Source: Scenedesmus sp. PABB004 (taxonomy: Eukaryota). Taken from it: a stretch of DNA of 64,000 nt. Of this stretch, positions 1-12,996 are shown in pieces; within the stretch, counting starts at the first letter, position 1; each line of letters opens with the position of its first letter. The stretch is taken from assembly GCA_014905635.1 (NCBI GenBank), contig CM026547.1, forward strand, positions 4,216,001-4,280,000. The letters are read 5' to 3'. The position numbers were made by a program, and so were the translations under genes. The notes under the pieces were generated by a model. The model worked only from the letters and a program-made list of their open reading frames with translations, was not told where the DNA came from and searched no databases.

Positions 1-385
1 CAGCACCCGCGCGTGCGTTCGCGTGTACACGACCCTGGCGCGCCCCGCCGCGCACGACCAGGCGAGTCGCCTCGGTTTCGCCTAGAGTTGATCGAGCCAG
101 CTGTTGCAGCGCCGCGACGTGCGGCTCCCAGGCCGCGGGGGTCGGGCCGTGTCGGAAGGACTGCGCTCCCGTCGGCGGCGGCCGGGCGTCGGCGTTACCG
201 CGTCGCCTGCCGCGTCAGTAACACGCCCACCGGTGAGCAAGAAGAAGCAAGAAGTTCAGTGCGGAGTCAGCGTCCGACGCTGCTGTCAGGCGCAGCCACG
301 CGCGCGCAGGTCGGCGGCAGCGGCGCGATCCGCGCGCGCGCGCGCGCGCCCAGCAATGGGCGGTCCGGCCCGGTCCCCGGCGGCG

Positions 386-515
386 CTACAAGCCCTTGCC
401 CGGCGCCGCGGCGGCGATGTGCTGCTGGCGTGGCCGCGACAGCCCCGCGAGCTGCTGCGCCGTGCCCAGCGGCTGCGCGTGCAGCGCGCTCGCGTGCCCG
501 CCGCCGCGGTGCTCG

Positions 516-558
<43 letters not shown>

Positions 559-2387
559 GCTCCTGCTGCTCCAGCGTCGCGACGTACGGCTGGTGCGCGT
601 CCAGCTGCTCCTGCAGCTGCTCCTCGTCGCCGGGCGGCGGGCCCGAGAGCTTGCGCAGCGCGCGCGCGATGAGCTCAAAGCTCGTGAACGTGAGCGCCGC
701 GGCCGGCGTCGTGCGCAGCAGGTTGGTCCCGCAGCCCCGGTAAAACCCGCGTGCGCCGTCCTCGCGGAAGATCACGCGGCACGCCTCGCCCAGCCCCGCG
801 AGCGGCCCGCTGCCTGCGGCGGGCGGCGGGCGCGGGCGCGGGCGCGGGCGCGCGGTGAGCGCCCGGGCGCGCGCGGCGGCGGGCGGGCAGGGCAGAGGCC
901 TGGGCGCGGCGGCGCGGCATGCGGCGCCGTGCCTGTGACGTGCATGTAGGAGCGGATGACCTCGTGGGGGTAGGTGATGGTCGACGCGACCATCTTGCTG
1001 AACGCGCTCGTCACCACCAGCTCGCTCGCGGTCAGCTCGTCGGTGCGGCACCCGCGCTGCGACGCGGCGTGCAGCTGCGCGGCGCGCGGGGCGGCGTCGG
1101 CGTCAGGCGCGGCGCGCGGCGCGCGGCGCGGCGGCCGATGCAGCTGCCGCGGCGCGGCGCGGCGCGGCGCGGCGCGGCGTCCGGCGCGGCGTCGCGCAGC
1201 GTCGCGCCTTGGCTGCCTCGTAGAGCGGGAATTGGATGGCCACGTGGCAGATGCCGGCCATGCTGGGCGCGAGGCCGCTGTACAGCCCGCGCAGCCCCTC
1301 CTCGCGCGTGATGCGGCGCAGCGCGTCAAACGTGCCCCGGTACGGCCGCGCGCTCGCGGCGGCGCGCGTGAAGCCGATGTCCATGTGCTGCGTCTGCAGC
1401 CGCGTCTTGATGACCCACAGCGGGTTGGTCACCAGCAGCGTCGCCACGCCCGCGCCCGCGGCGGCGGTCATGTGGATCGCGGGCGTCGCGGGGATCGTGC
1501 GCCCTGCGGGCGCGCCGGGCGCGGGGGTCGGGGACCGGCGGGCGGCCGGGGCGCGGCCGGGCGCGGCCGGGGCGCGGCGCGCGGCGCGGCGGCGCGGCGA
1601 CGGGCGCGCACCGTCTGGCCGCGTGGTGAGCGAGGTCTTGAGGCGGCCATACACTGTGAAGTAGACCTGCGGCGGCGGGCGAGGGAGCGGCGCGGGCGTT
1701 TGGTGTAGGCGCCGCGGCGACGGCGCGCCCGTCTGCTGCCGCCGCCGCCGCCGGCCGCGCCGTGCGCGCCCCGCGCGCACCGCCCAGTTGGGCAGCAGCG
1801 CCATGAGCGTGGGCGTGAGGCCTCGGTAGAGCCCCCGCACGCCTTCCTGCTGCACGATGCCCGCCAGCCCGCCTGCACGGCGCGGCGCCGTGCGCGGCGG
1901 CGGCGCGGGGCGTCGGCGCTGCTCGCCGCCGCCGCGCGCTGCGCCCAGCTGCCACCGCCGCCGCGCGGGCTGTGCCCGCCGTCCGCTGCCGAGCCGCGCC
2001 CGGCGCCCGCCGCCGCCGGCGCACCGACGATGCCCACGCGGTGCGAGCTCGCGATGCGCTGCACCTGCAGCCGCGTCTTCAGCACGTCCAGCGGGCACAC
2101 AAACGTGGCCGTCAGCGCGCCTGCGGGGTGGGGCGGCCAGGGGCTCAGCGGCGGCCCGCGCCCGGCCGCCGCGGCGCTCGCGCGCGGGCGCAGCAGCAGC
2201 GGCGGCCCGCGCGCGGGCGCCGGCGCTGGCGCCGCGGCCCCCGCGCACCCGCGACGGCTCCCGAGAAGGCATTCACGATCTCCGGGTCCTGAAACACCTT
2301 GTTCTGCGGCCGCAGCGCGATGCTCAAGGGCGGTGGCCGGCCGCGCGCTGCTCCCGGGCGCGCCCGCGCGCGTACCAGGCCCGCCAT
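386..2387 (-). CDS. NDT1: Mitochondrial carrier family NAD+ transporter (plant NDT1/NDT2-like), 8 exons, polyQ C-terminal tail
   Basis: Spliced peptide MAGL|NKVFQDPEIVNAFSGAVAG|ALTATFVCPLDVLKTRLQVQ...GLYRGLTPTLMALLPNWA|VYFTVY...TNPLWVIKTRLQ...GICHVAIQFPLYE...TYPHEVIRS carries three carrier signature motifs Px[DE]xx[KR]x[KR], one degenerate (PLWVIKTR) as in NDT/folate carriers. The last two introns have GC donors (1207, 932). Confidence 0.88.
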
Positions 2388-2856
2388 CGCGCCCGCAGAC
2401 GCGCGCAGCTCCCCGGGCCGGCTCGCGCCTCGCCCGGGAGCGCGCGCGAGGGCTCCGCCTAGTGGCGCGCCGTGGCGGGCGCCGGCGTGCTGGCGCGTGC
2501 GCCGCGGGCCGTCACATCGGCCCCGGCCCCCCACGCCGCGCCCAGCGGCGGTGCTGCGCCGCGGCGGCGGCGCGCGGCGGCGACGGCGGCGGCGGCGGAC
2601 GCGACCGGGGGCGTGCTTCGCGCAGGGGGTGCGGCGGGCTGTGGCGCGGCGCGGCTACATTGACGGCCGGCGGCGAACTGGCTGCGGCGGCGGCCGCGCG
2701 CGGGGAAGCGGGCGACGCGGGGCTGCGCTTTTGCTGTCGTCGCCGTCTGCTCGCGCGCCGCGCCGCGATCAATTGCTGCGCCGCCCGCCCGCCCCCGCCC
2801 GCCCAGACCCGCACCCCCCGCCCAGGCCCCCGCCCGCCAACGCCCGCGCACACACG

Positions 2857-3797
2857 ATGGCGACGCCGCCACCGCCGCAGGCGCGCTGCCGCGGCCTCCT
2901 GCTGTATCGCCAGGCCGGCGGCGCCCTGGAGCTCCCGGCCTCCGCACGGTGCTGGGGCGTGACGGACACGGTGCACGCGGCCGGGGAAATTGATCTCCAC
3001 ACGCACCACAGTTCTCGGGATGTGCCTGCAGCCGCGCACGCTGCCGCGCTCACGGAGTTTGGCTGCCTGGGCAGCGCGGTCTTCCAGTCGGGCCCGGCAG
3101 AGGTGCGGGGCGCTCGGCGTGGGGGCGCGGGGGCGCTCGGGGCGCTGGGCGGGTGGGGGCCGGGTGCATCCGGTGCTCCGGCCTGCTCCCGCTCGCCCCG
3201 ATCGGGCGTTCGCGCTGCACACCCTGCGCCCTGACGGTTCCAGGCGATCGCACAGCGGCCGCGCGGCCGCGCGGGGGGTCGCAGGGCGGCGCACCGCGGC
3301 GGCGTGTAGTAGCTCAAAGCCGCGCCGCCGCCGCCGCCGCCGCGCAGGGCGCGCAGGCGCCGCCGCCGTTCTGCCTGGGCGTCGAATTTCTCCGCTACGC
3401 GCAGGGCGTGGCCGAGGCCACCGCCGCCGGCGCGCACCACCACGACGCGCACGCGCGCGGCGCCGGCGCCGCCGCGTACGCGCGGCAGAGCGCCGCCGCC
3501 GACGCCGCCGGCGGCGTCGCGCCGCTGGCGCAGCAGCGCGTGCAGCAGCAGCAGCCGCGCGGCGCCGGCGCCGGCGCCGCGGAGCAGGAGCTCCCGCGCG
3601 AGCGCCCGGGCGTGCTGGGGCGCCTGGCGGAGCTGGGCGAGCGGCTGGAGGGCGCCGACCCCCTCTGGTTTGGCAAGGCCTTTGCGCACCGCGCGTCGCT
3701 CAACCTCGCGTCCATGCGGCGCATGGCGGGCGAGATGGCCGCCGCGGCGACGGGCGGCGACGTGAGCAGCTGGGAGGAGCACGACGAGACGGAGTGA
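2857..3797 (+). CDS. Hypothetical protein, at least 2 exons
   Basis: Exon 2857-3102 (MATPPPPQARCRGLLLYRQ...SGPAE, donor GTGCGG) joins in phase to an acceptor at 3347 (GAQAPPPFCLGVEFLRY...WFGKAFAHRASLNL...EEHDETE*). Coding-like composition and a TGTAA at 4233. No family recognised. Confidence 0.6.
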
Positions 3798-4232
3798 AGG
3801 CACGGAGCGGCGCGGCGCGCGCCCTGAGCGCGGCCGCTGTAGAGTGTACATGTCCTTGGTGCCACTGCGCTTGAGAACTGGCGGCCGCGGCGCGGTTTGC
3901 TTGCGGGGCGCGATCCCGCGCAGCAGGCGATATGCTTGCGCCCCGCCGGTTTTGGTCGCACACGTGGCGCGCGCGCGCGAGCGCGCCTGTATACAGCCCG
4001 TCGCGAGAGCGCTGTTCGCAGAGCGGTGAAGAGGAGGGAGGGCGGCGCCCGTCGCGCCGCGCGGATGCGCCGGCATGCGTCGGCGGTCCGAAACGCATGC
4101 CTGCCTGTTCACACACAAACTGGCTGAGCGGAGGGGGGCTGTGTCTGGGTGTGCGGCGTGATCCCGCGCTGAAATCTTGCCTGCCGGGGCTGCAGCGACG
4201 GCGGCGCGCGTGCGCCGCCCTGCCGAGGTCGC

Positions 4233-4237
4233 TGTAA
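4233..4237 (+). terminator. Chlorophyte poly(A) signal TGTAA of the hypothetical gene
   Basis: TGTAA about 435 nt after the stop; the established chlorophyte near-upstream element. Confidence 0.6.
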
Positions 4238-4312
4238 ATGCTGTTTCACTCTCGGCGCCCGGACAGCACCAGCAGCACAGTCACCTGGCAGCAGCCCCGC
4301 CCGCGCACCCTC

Positions 4313-7300
4313 TCAGCGCGGGTGCAGCGGCGGCTTGAGGCCCGACGGCTGCGAGCGGAAGAGCGTGCGCGCGAGGCCCTTGCTGCCCTCGCTCTCCGCG
4401 CGACCGCCGCCGCCGGGTTCCGCGTTCTCCTGCCCCTCCTCGCCGTCCTCGCCGTCCTCCGGCTCGTCGCCCTCCTCGCCGCCCGCGCCGCCGCCGCGCC
4501 CGCCCTGCTCCTCCTGCTCCGCCCCGTCGTCGTCGCCGTCGAGCTCTGCGGCCCCGCCGCTTGCCGGGCCGCCCGCGCGGCCGCTGCCGCCGCTGGCGGC
4601 GCTGCCGGAGCGCGCCGCGCCGCGGCCGCGGCCGCGGCCGCGGCCGCGGCCGCGCCCGCCGCCGCGCCCGCCGCGCGCGCCCGTGCCCGCACCCGCGGGC
4701 GGCGGCGCGGCCGCCGCGCCGGCGGCGGCCTCGGTGAGCTTGAAGTCCCGGATCGCCGCGCGCCGCGCGTCCTTGAGCAGGTTCTTGCCCGCCGCGCGGC
4801 CCGTGGCGACGAGCTGCTTCTCCCAGGCCTCAATGTTGTACACGAGGCTGCGGCGCGGGGGCGGCGCGCGCGGTGCGCGGTGCGCGGTGCGCGGTGCGCG
4901 GTGCGCGGTGCGCGGTGCGCGGTGCGCGGTGCGCGGTGCGCGGTGCGCGGTGCGCGGTGCGCGGTGCGCGGGGCGCGGTGCGCGGGGCGCGGGGCGCGGG
5001 GCGCTGAGCGGTGGGGCCGCGCGGCGCGGCGGCCCCCGCGCGCGCCGCCCGCCGTACCCACCTCGGCACCAGCTTGGCCTCGCGCTTCACGCGCGCGAGC
5101 GCGACCTTGTTGTTGCGCTGCGCCTGCGCGGCGTGGTGCAGCGCGGGCATGGGCGCGGCGGGCGCGCTGCCGCAAACGGGCGCGGGCGCGCCGGCGCGCG
5201 GTGGTGGCCCGCGCCCGCCTGCCACCCCCTGCCCACACGCGCACCTCCTGCTCGTCGACGAGGAAGCTGTAGACCCGGGGCGTGAGCTCCTTGTGCACGC
5301 CCGCGACGAGGGCCTCAAGCTCGGCGCTCAGGCCGCGCGCCGCGCCCTCCCCGCCGCGCGGCGGCGCGTGCGCGCGCGCGAGGGCCGCGAGCACGCGGTA
5401 CGCGCGAGTCAGCACGCGCGTCTGCGCGTCGACGACGCCCGGCATGTGGTAGACCGTGTTGGCCACGACGACGAGGCACGCCACGAGCGCCGACAGCCGG
5501 CGGCACACCGCGGCCGCGAGGCGCCGCCGCTCGCGCGCGGCGTCGCCGACGTCGCCCTCTGCGCCGCCGCGCCGCGCGCGGTCAGGCGCGGCCTGCGCGC
5601 GCGCGCCCCGCGTGCCCCCCCCCCCCCTGTTCACGCCGCGCCGCTCACCCTGGACCAGCCCGCCCTTGAGCGAGGCCGCGAGCAGGCGCTCCAGCTGGGC
5701 CAGCGCCTCGTCGGCGTAGCCGAGCGCGACCGCGCCGCACGGCTGCGCCGTCTTGGTGCCCGTGAGCAGCGGCATGCGCGTGCCGTGCAGCTGCGTGGCC
5801 TGCCCGGCGCGGCGCGGCGTGGGGCGGGCGGCGGCGGGCGGGCGGGCGCAAGCGCCTCAGAGGCCCACCGCCGCGGCAGGTGCGCGTGTGCGCCGGGGCA
5901 GCGGCGTCGTGCCTGCGTGTCCTTCTCCTCCGTGTCGCCCACCAGGTCCTTCAGCTCCTCCACCACCACGCGCAGCGCCGCGATGTCGCCGCCGCCTGCC
6001 GGGGCGCGCCGCGCGCGGCCAGGTGCGGTCGGGCGGGGCGCTCGCGAGCGGCGGCGGCGGCGGCGGCGGCGGCGCAGCCCTCTGCGCCGAGCCATGTGAG
6101 GGCGGGGCGGGGCGCGCACCATGGAAGCGGATGAAGAGCTCCAGCAGCGCCTTGGCCAGGCCCACGGACTTGACCTCGGGCTCCTGCTGCTGCAGCGCCG
6201 TGTCGGCCGCCCAGCGCGCGAGCTGCGCCGCCGCCGGCGCCGGCGGCGCCGCCGCGCCGGCCGCCGCCGCCGCGCCGGGCGCAGGCGCGCCGAGCTGGCG
6301 GCCGAGCAGCAGCAGGCACTCGGCGACCGTCTGCGCCTCCCTGAAGCAGCTGTTAGCCATGAGCCGCTCCGCGCACTGCTCCAGCTGCGGCAGGCGCGGC
6401 GCGACCGCCGCGGCGACGGCCGCCGCGCTGCCGCCAGCGCCCGCGGCGGGGCCCGCGCCGGACGCCCCCGGCGCGGGCTCGCCGCCGGCGCCCGCCTCGT
6501 CGGCGCCCGCCGCAGGCCCGCCCTGCGGCGGCGCCTCCGGCGGCAGCGAGCCGTCCTCGAGGGGGAGGCGGCTGAAGAGCGGCGCGAGCTGCTGCGTGGC
6601 GTCGGCGAGCTTGAGCAGCTGCAGCAGCGCGTTGGCCGACAGCTGCTCCAGCGAGTCATGGCCGTCGGCGCCGCCGCCCTCCGCGCCGGCGCCGCCGCCC
6701 GCGCCGCCGCGGGCGGTGGCGGGCTTGCTGCACCCGCCCGGCGCGCTGCGGCCGCCGGGCGCCGCCGTCTGCATCACCAGCTGCGGCGGGGCATGCGGCG
6801 CGCGGCGGCGCGCGGCGGCGCGCGTGAGCGCGGCTGCGCCGGTGGCTCGCAAGCTGCTGCTGCTCGCCCCGCGCGCGCGCCCGCCCCGGCCGCACCTTGA
6901 CCGCGGCAAAGAGCGCCGGGCCCAGCCTGAGCACCTCGTCCGTGGCCGGGCCGTCGCCGCTGCCCGGCCGCACCTCCAGCAGCGCCGCCGCGGCCGCGGT
7001 CGACTGCGCGCCCTCCAGCAGGTTGGCACAACTGGGCGGTGGCGGCGGCGGAGCAACGGCGGCGTGGGCGCGCGCGCGCTGCGCCCGAGCAGCCGCGCGG
7101 CCTCTGCCGCACCTGCGCAGCACGAAGCAGCGGAAGGCCGCGTCGCGCGCCAGCTGGACGTGCCAGTTGGGCGCGAGGGGGTCGGCGTCTTGCGGCAGCT
7201 GCAGCAGCCCGTCCTCCACGATCGCGCCACACAGCAGCGCCAGGCAGCGGGCCGACAGCGCGGGCGGCAGCCGCTGCGCCGGCACAAAGTTGCTCGCCGG

Positions 7301-10300
7301 CTTGCCGCGCTTCTGCCCCACCATGCCGCCCTGGTGCCGGCGGCGGCCGCGGCGGCACGGGCCGTGCGCTGGCCGGGGCGGGGTGGCGGGGCCCAGCAGC
7401 ACCCACGGCGGCGCGCCCCGCACCTGCTGCTCGCCGTCGCCGACGGCGGCGCCCGGCTTGCGCCCCGGCTTCTTGGCGCTCGCGCGCGCGCCCTCCACGG
7501 CCAGGGCGTACGCGCGCGAGTGCAGTTCGCACAGCTTGACGAGCCGCTCGCCCAGCCGGCTGACCTCGCCGCCGTCCTGCCGCGCCGCGCCGCCGGCGTC
7601 AGCCCTCGCCGCGCCGCCCGCGCACGGCCCCCGCGACGCCGCCGCCCTGGCGCAGCGCCGCGCGCACCAGCTGCTCCGGCGCCGCGGCGCGCTTGAGGCG
7701 CTCGGCGCGCAGCACCACGTCCTCGATCGCCACCTCCAGCGCGCCCAGCAGGTTGGCGGCGTGCAGCTGGCCGACGAGGCCGTCCGGCGTGAGCGGGCTG
7801 AGGTCAGTGGGGCCGCCGAGCTGAAAGTGCTCGAGCTCGCACTCGCAGAGCGCGGCGACCATGGCCGAGAAGCACGCCTGGCGCGGCGGCGGCGGCGGCG
7901 GCGCGGCGTGCGTGGGTTGGCGCCGAGCAGCGGCGGCGCGTTGACAGCCGACCGGCGCCACGCACCTGCAGCGCGGCGCTGCTGTTCTGCTCGCCGCCGC
8001 ACAGCCCGCTGGCGGCCGCCCAGTCGGCGGTGCCGGGCGCCGCCTGCTCTGCCGTCGCGAGGCGGCGCACGCAGCGCAGCAGCGCCGGCAGCGGCTCCAG
8101 CAGCACGGGCTCACCCTGCAAGGACGGCGGTGGCGGCGGCGGCGGCGGCGCGTCGGCCCCGGCCTCTGCGCCCTGGCCCCACCCGCCCGGTCCGCGAGCA
8201 CGGGCCACGCCGCCCGCTCACGTTGACCACCTCCGCGCAGCGCTGCAGCCGCAGTGGCGGCAGCTGCTGCTGCCCGTCCTCGCCGGGCGCGGCCAGGACG
8301 CCGCGCAGGTGGGGCAGGAGCAGCTCGGACAGCAGCTCGTGCGAGGCGGGGTCTGCCGCGAGCACCTTCAGGAGGCCCGTGTAGAGCGCGTCCCGCACCG
8401 GCGCGTTCTGCGTGAGCGCGCGGCGCAGCACGACCGACAGCTCCTGCAGCAGGTTGATGCCGCCGCTGCCCGATATCGACGACGCCTGACTCAGCGACGC
8501 CTGCACGACGCAGCGGCGCGGCGGCGCGGCGCCGTGGGCGGGTGCTGAGCGGTGGCGGGAGCGCCCGCGCCGCGGCGGCCGCCGCCGCCGCCGCCCGACG
8601 CCGCCGCCGCCGCGCCTGGCTGCAGCCCGCCTCGCCCGCGCTGCCCGCGAGCAGCGGCGGCGGGGGCGGCGCGTCGCCGAGGTGCTGCAGGATGAGGCAG
8701 AGGAGGCCGCGCACGGCGACGAGCCGCCCCGCCACGTCCTGGCGGTGCATCATCTTGCGCAGCAGCATGACCACGTGGTCCTGCAGGTCCGACCGCACCC
8801 TGGCGCGGCGCGCGCGCGCAGCGCCCGGCGGGCGGCGCGTGAGCGCGGGCCGGGCGCCGCGCGCCGCCGCCGCCGCGCCCAGTGCGGCGCGCACCTGCAG
8901 AGCGGCCAGAGCGCGAGCAGCAGCACGAGCGCGGCGTCGGCCGAGAGGCCGGCGAATGACCCGAGGCACTCCTTGAGCTGCGGCACGTGGCTCGCCAGCA
9001 GCGCGGGCTGGTCGCGGCAGATGCTGGACAGCAGCAGCACGTGCGGCAGCGCGCCGTCCAGGCCGCCCGCCGTGAGCTGGCCCTGCGCGGCGGGGCGCGG
9101 CGCGGGTGGCCGCGCGCCGGCCGTCGGCGACGCCCGTTCAAGCCGCCGCGCCGCGACCGCCGCGTCGCACCTGGGCGAGCTTGAGCACCTCGCTGCGCGC
9201 CTCCTGGTGCGCCTCAAACACCTCCTGCAGCAGCAGCAGGCCCAGCCGCACCGCGCGCGCGCCGGCGGGCGCCTGCGGCGGCAGCGCCCCGCCGCGGCCG
9301 CGCCGCGCCGCGAGCACCAGGTGCAGCGGGCAGCTGCAGGGCGTGGACAGCAGGCCAGCGGCGAGCTGCAGGAGCCCCGGGCACACCAGCTCGCTCGCGT
9401 ACGTGCTGCACCTGTGGGCAGGCAGGGGGGGGGGGGGGGGCGGCTGGGCACGGCGCCGGGCTCGCGCGCGACCGCGTGGCGCCCCCGCACGCGCCGCCCA
9501 CCTGACGGCCTTGAGCAGGCCCGTCTCCAGCTCCCGCAGGCTGTGCCCCCGGCGCTGCAGCGCCAGCTCGCCCAGCCAGCGGTGCGCGGCGCCGGCGGTG
9601 CCCTCGGCCGCCTCCTCCTCGGCCGCCTGCAGCACCACGCGGCGCAGCAGCTGCTGTATCGGCGCCTCGAGCTTGTGGTGGCGCGCCATTGTCAGCGCCA
9701 CCTGTGCGGGCGCGGGCGCGCGCGGTGGCTCGCAGGAGGGCGCGCGCGCGCGCACACACACCCGGCGGCCGCCCCCTTGCGCCGCCGCGCGCGCCTGCAG
9801 CTGGAAGTGGTTGGTGCTGACGCCGGTCGCGCGAAAGTGCTTGAGCCACTCGGCGCCGAGCGTGGCGTCGTACTTGAGCAGCGTTGAGATGTGCATCAGC
9901 AGCGTCGCCTGCACCTGCAGCAGCGTCGCGCTCGGCAGCGCGCCGCCGCCGGCGTGGCCCGGCGCGCGGGGCGCCTGGTGCGTGCCCGCCCGCTGCTGCT
10001 TCTCCAGGAACTCGAACAAACCGGTCAGCCCTTTCAGCGCGAACGCGCGGTCGCCGCTCGCCGCCAGCAGCAGCACCTGGTACAGTATCGGCGGCAGCTG
10101 CTGCAGCGGCGCGGACCTGCGGCGGGCGGCGGCGGGCGTGAGCATACGCGAACCGCGCTCGGGCCGCGCGTCCTGCGAGCCCCCGAGAGCCCGCGCGCGC
10201 CCGTCCCTCACTTGCAGGACGTGACCGCCTTGCGCACGACCTTGTTGAGCTGCTCCGGCGTCATCGGCAGGCCCTTGAGCACCTGCAGCAGCTGCCCCAG

Positions 10301-11067
10301 CGTGTTGGGCGGCCAGGTGCACGCGAGCAGGCGCGCGACCGCGACGTCGCGCGCGCCTGCGGCGTCCATGGCCGCCTCCTCCGCGTCCAGCTCCATCTCA
10401 TCGCCCCCTGCCGCGCCGCCGTCCGCCGCAGCCGCGGCCGCGCGCGCGGCGCCGTCCGCGGCGAGCGCGAGCACGCACGCCGGCGCGAGCTCGAGCAGCG
10501 CCACGGCGTGGCGCGCGCCGCCCTCCACGCCTGTCAGGGTCGCGTACAGCAGCCGCACGAGCTCCGCGGCCGGCAGGCCCTCCAGCTCGGGCTGCGCCGC
10601 CGCCACGAGCTCGGCCGCCGCGGCGCCGGCGTCGTCCGGCAGCGCGTGCAGCCAGCCGGGCAGCGCGCCAAAGAGCGCGGCGCGCGCGGCGGCGCAGGCC
10701 GCCGCGTCCGCGGCCGGCGGCGCGCGCGTGACCGCGAGCACCAGCTTCAGCGCCTGCGCGCGGCCGGCGGGCGGGCGCCGGCGGGCGGGCGCCGGGTGGG
10801 CCGCGGCGGATGAGGCCGTCGACACGCGCCGCGCGCGCTGCGCGGCGCGGCGCCCACCTTGCAAGCGTGCGGCGACGCCGCGGTCACCTCGGCCTGCAGC
10901 GCGGTGAGCACGCCATCCTGGCCGCGGTCCAGCACCAGCCGGCGCGCTGCGTCGAGCCCGCCGCCCGATTGGGTGCCGAATGCCGCTGGCTGCTGCTGCG
11001 TCCCGCCGCCGGCCGCGCGTCCGGCGGCCAGCAGCGTGGCGACCCAGTCGGCTGAATCGGCTGCCAT
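4313..11067 (-). CDS. FANCI: Fanconi anemia group I protein homolog, about 19 exons
   Basis: Segments LQQLPPILYQVLLLA, DLQDHVVMLLRKMMHRQDVAGRLVAVRGLL, LRRALTQNAPVRDALYTGL and C-terminal REAKLVPSLVYNIEAWEKQL...NLLKDARRAAIRDFKL match remembered FANCI solenoid and C-terminal motifs (RDFKI). Confidence 0.9.
4868..5001. repeat. Intronic 7-bp tandem repeat (GCGCGGT)x14 decaying to GCGCGGG
   Basis: Directly visible in the last FANCI intron; it produces the RCAVRGA repeats in the ORF track. Confidence 0.95.
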
Positions 11068-11274
11068 TGCTGCGGGGCGGCAAGGGGGCGCGCTGTAGGG
11101 AGGCAGCGGGCCGCCGCGCTCCACTGCTGCGCGGCGCTGCGGCGCCCTTCCCGGTCGCGGCGGCCGCTGGTCGGGCCCCTCAGATCGGGGAGCGCGAGCG
11201 GACGGTGTGGGCGCGGCGGCGCGGCGCGGGCGGGCTGTGGCGGCGGCGCGCGCGCGGGGTGCGTTCAAAGTCCG

Positions 11275-12013
11275 TCACTTGCGAGAACCCCGGCCGCCGG
11301 CCTTGCTGCCCGCCTTTGCGAAGCCCGTGCCCGTCACCACGACGCCCTCGAGCGTCACCTCCAGCTTGTCGGCGATCGCCGCGATCCAGGCCTGGTCGAG
11401 GCGGCTCAGCCCGCGCAACGTGTCGGTGCCGACCACGAGCACGCCGTCGGCGCCGACCGGCTGCACGATCACGCCCTGCGTCTCCTCGGGCAGGTACTGC
11501 ACAAACTCCTGCCGCCCTGCGGGCGCGGCCGCCGCCGGGCGGCGCGCGGTGCGGCTCGGAGGCCGCGCAGCGCGCGCTGCGCGCGCTGGCCGCCGCCGCC
11601 GGCGCCGGCCGGGCGAGCGCGGCAGCAAGCCGCGCCCCGCCGCCCCGCCGCGGCGGCCCGCGCACCTGGGTAGAGCACCAGGTTGGCCAGGTAGTTGCCC
11701 TTGCCGCTCTTTATCGCCTTGGCGGCGACCTCGCCCGCCGCCGCGCTGCCGAGCGCGTGGCCCGCGCGCGCCATGCCGGCGTGGAACACATTGCGACCCC
11801 TGCGCCGCCGCGCGGCAGGCGCACCGGTCAAGCACAGCGCCGCGGCAGCGGCACGTGCCCCGCGGCAGCTGGCGCCACCGCCACCCCGCCGCTCACTGGA
11901 AGATGACGACCAGCGACGTGGCGCGCGAGGTGGCCTGCAGCGACTGCCACGCCCTGCGCGTGACCGGCGGCACCGGCTCGCACGCGGCGGGCGCGGCGGC
12001 CGCGGGCGGGGCG

Positions 12014-12049
<36 letters not shown>

Positions 12050-12741
12050 ACCAGCGCATCTCCTGCACCGCCGCCGCGGGCAGCTTGACGTCGGGGTTGA
12101 CGTAATCCACCGCCACGCCGCTGAGCGGCACCGCGTCGACGGGCTTGGGCTTGAGCGCGAGCCACTGCAGCCCCGTGAGCAGCAGCACCGCCGAGAGCAG
12201 GATGCCCAGCACGTCGGCGCGGCTCTGGCTGCTGCCGGCGTCCACGATCGGCGCGATCTGCGGCGGCGGCGCAGCAGCGCGTGTGTGAGCTTCCGTGAGA
12301 GCCGCAGCCGGCAGCTGCGCGCGCGCGCAGCAGCGCGCGCAGGCAGGCGCGCGGCGCCAGCGCGTGGGCGGCGCCGCACCCCGGAGAGCGAGCGATTTGC
12401 CAGCAGCGCCACGAAACCCGCGCCGCCCGCCCACAGAGGCAGGCTGCGCACCAGGCCCGCGTTCTGGGCCACCCACCCGTAGCTCGCGTCCGGCACCTGC
12501 GCGCCGGCGGCGGCCGAGCAGTGGTCGTCGGCGGCCGCAGCCGCGCGGCGCCGCCCCACCGGCCGCCAGCGTCCACCGCCCGCACCTGCTCCTCCATCGC
12601 GCCTGCCAGCACTCGCCGCGGCTGCTGGGCCGGAGCGCGGCGGGCGCAGTGCGACGGTGGCCGCGGGCGAATCCGCTGCTGCTGCTGCGCCGGCCACAGC
12701 CTGCCGCTCGCCGTGGGCGGGGCGGCGCGAAGGACGTGCAT
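11275..12741 (-). CDS. CCB4: Cytochrome b6 heme c' attachment factor CCB4 (system IV), plastid-targeted, 6 exons
   Basis: VRSLPLWAGGAGFVALLANRSLSG|IAPIVDAGSSQSRADVLG...GNYLANLVLYP|GRQEF...TQGVIVQPVG...DQAWIAAIADKL is typical of CCB4. Arg/Ala-rich transit-peptide-like N-terminus. Confidence 0.92.
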
Positions 12742-12996
12742 TGAGAGCGGCGTTCCTGGAGGCGAGGGCCCGGACGGCGGGCGGCAGCAGCAGCGGCGGC
12801 GAGCTGCGGCGGCCTCTGTGCGCGGCGTGCAATCAGGTCACCGCGCGCCCCCCTGATGATGAGCGTGGTCTGAAAACCACTGACCACGCACCACTCGCAA
12901 GCACACACGCCGCCCGCGCGGCAAAAAAATGCCGCCGCCCGCCCGCCTGCCCCGGACCGCAGCGCCGCCGGCGCTGACCCCGCGCGCCCCGGAGCC

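Noticed and set aside
4868..5001. Regular repeat arrays as possible CRISPR
   Set aside because: Head-to-tail 7-mers without unique spacers, inside a eukaryotic intron, with no cas genes in the window.
12854..12883. TGATGA...CTGA...CTGA resembling box C/D motifs
   Set aside because: Only about 30 nt, too short for a C/D snoRNA, and antisense to the flanking genes.
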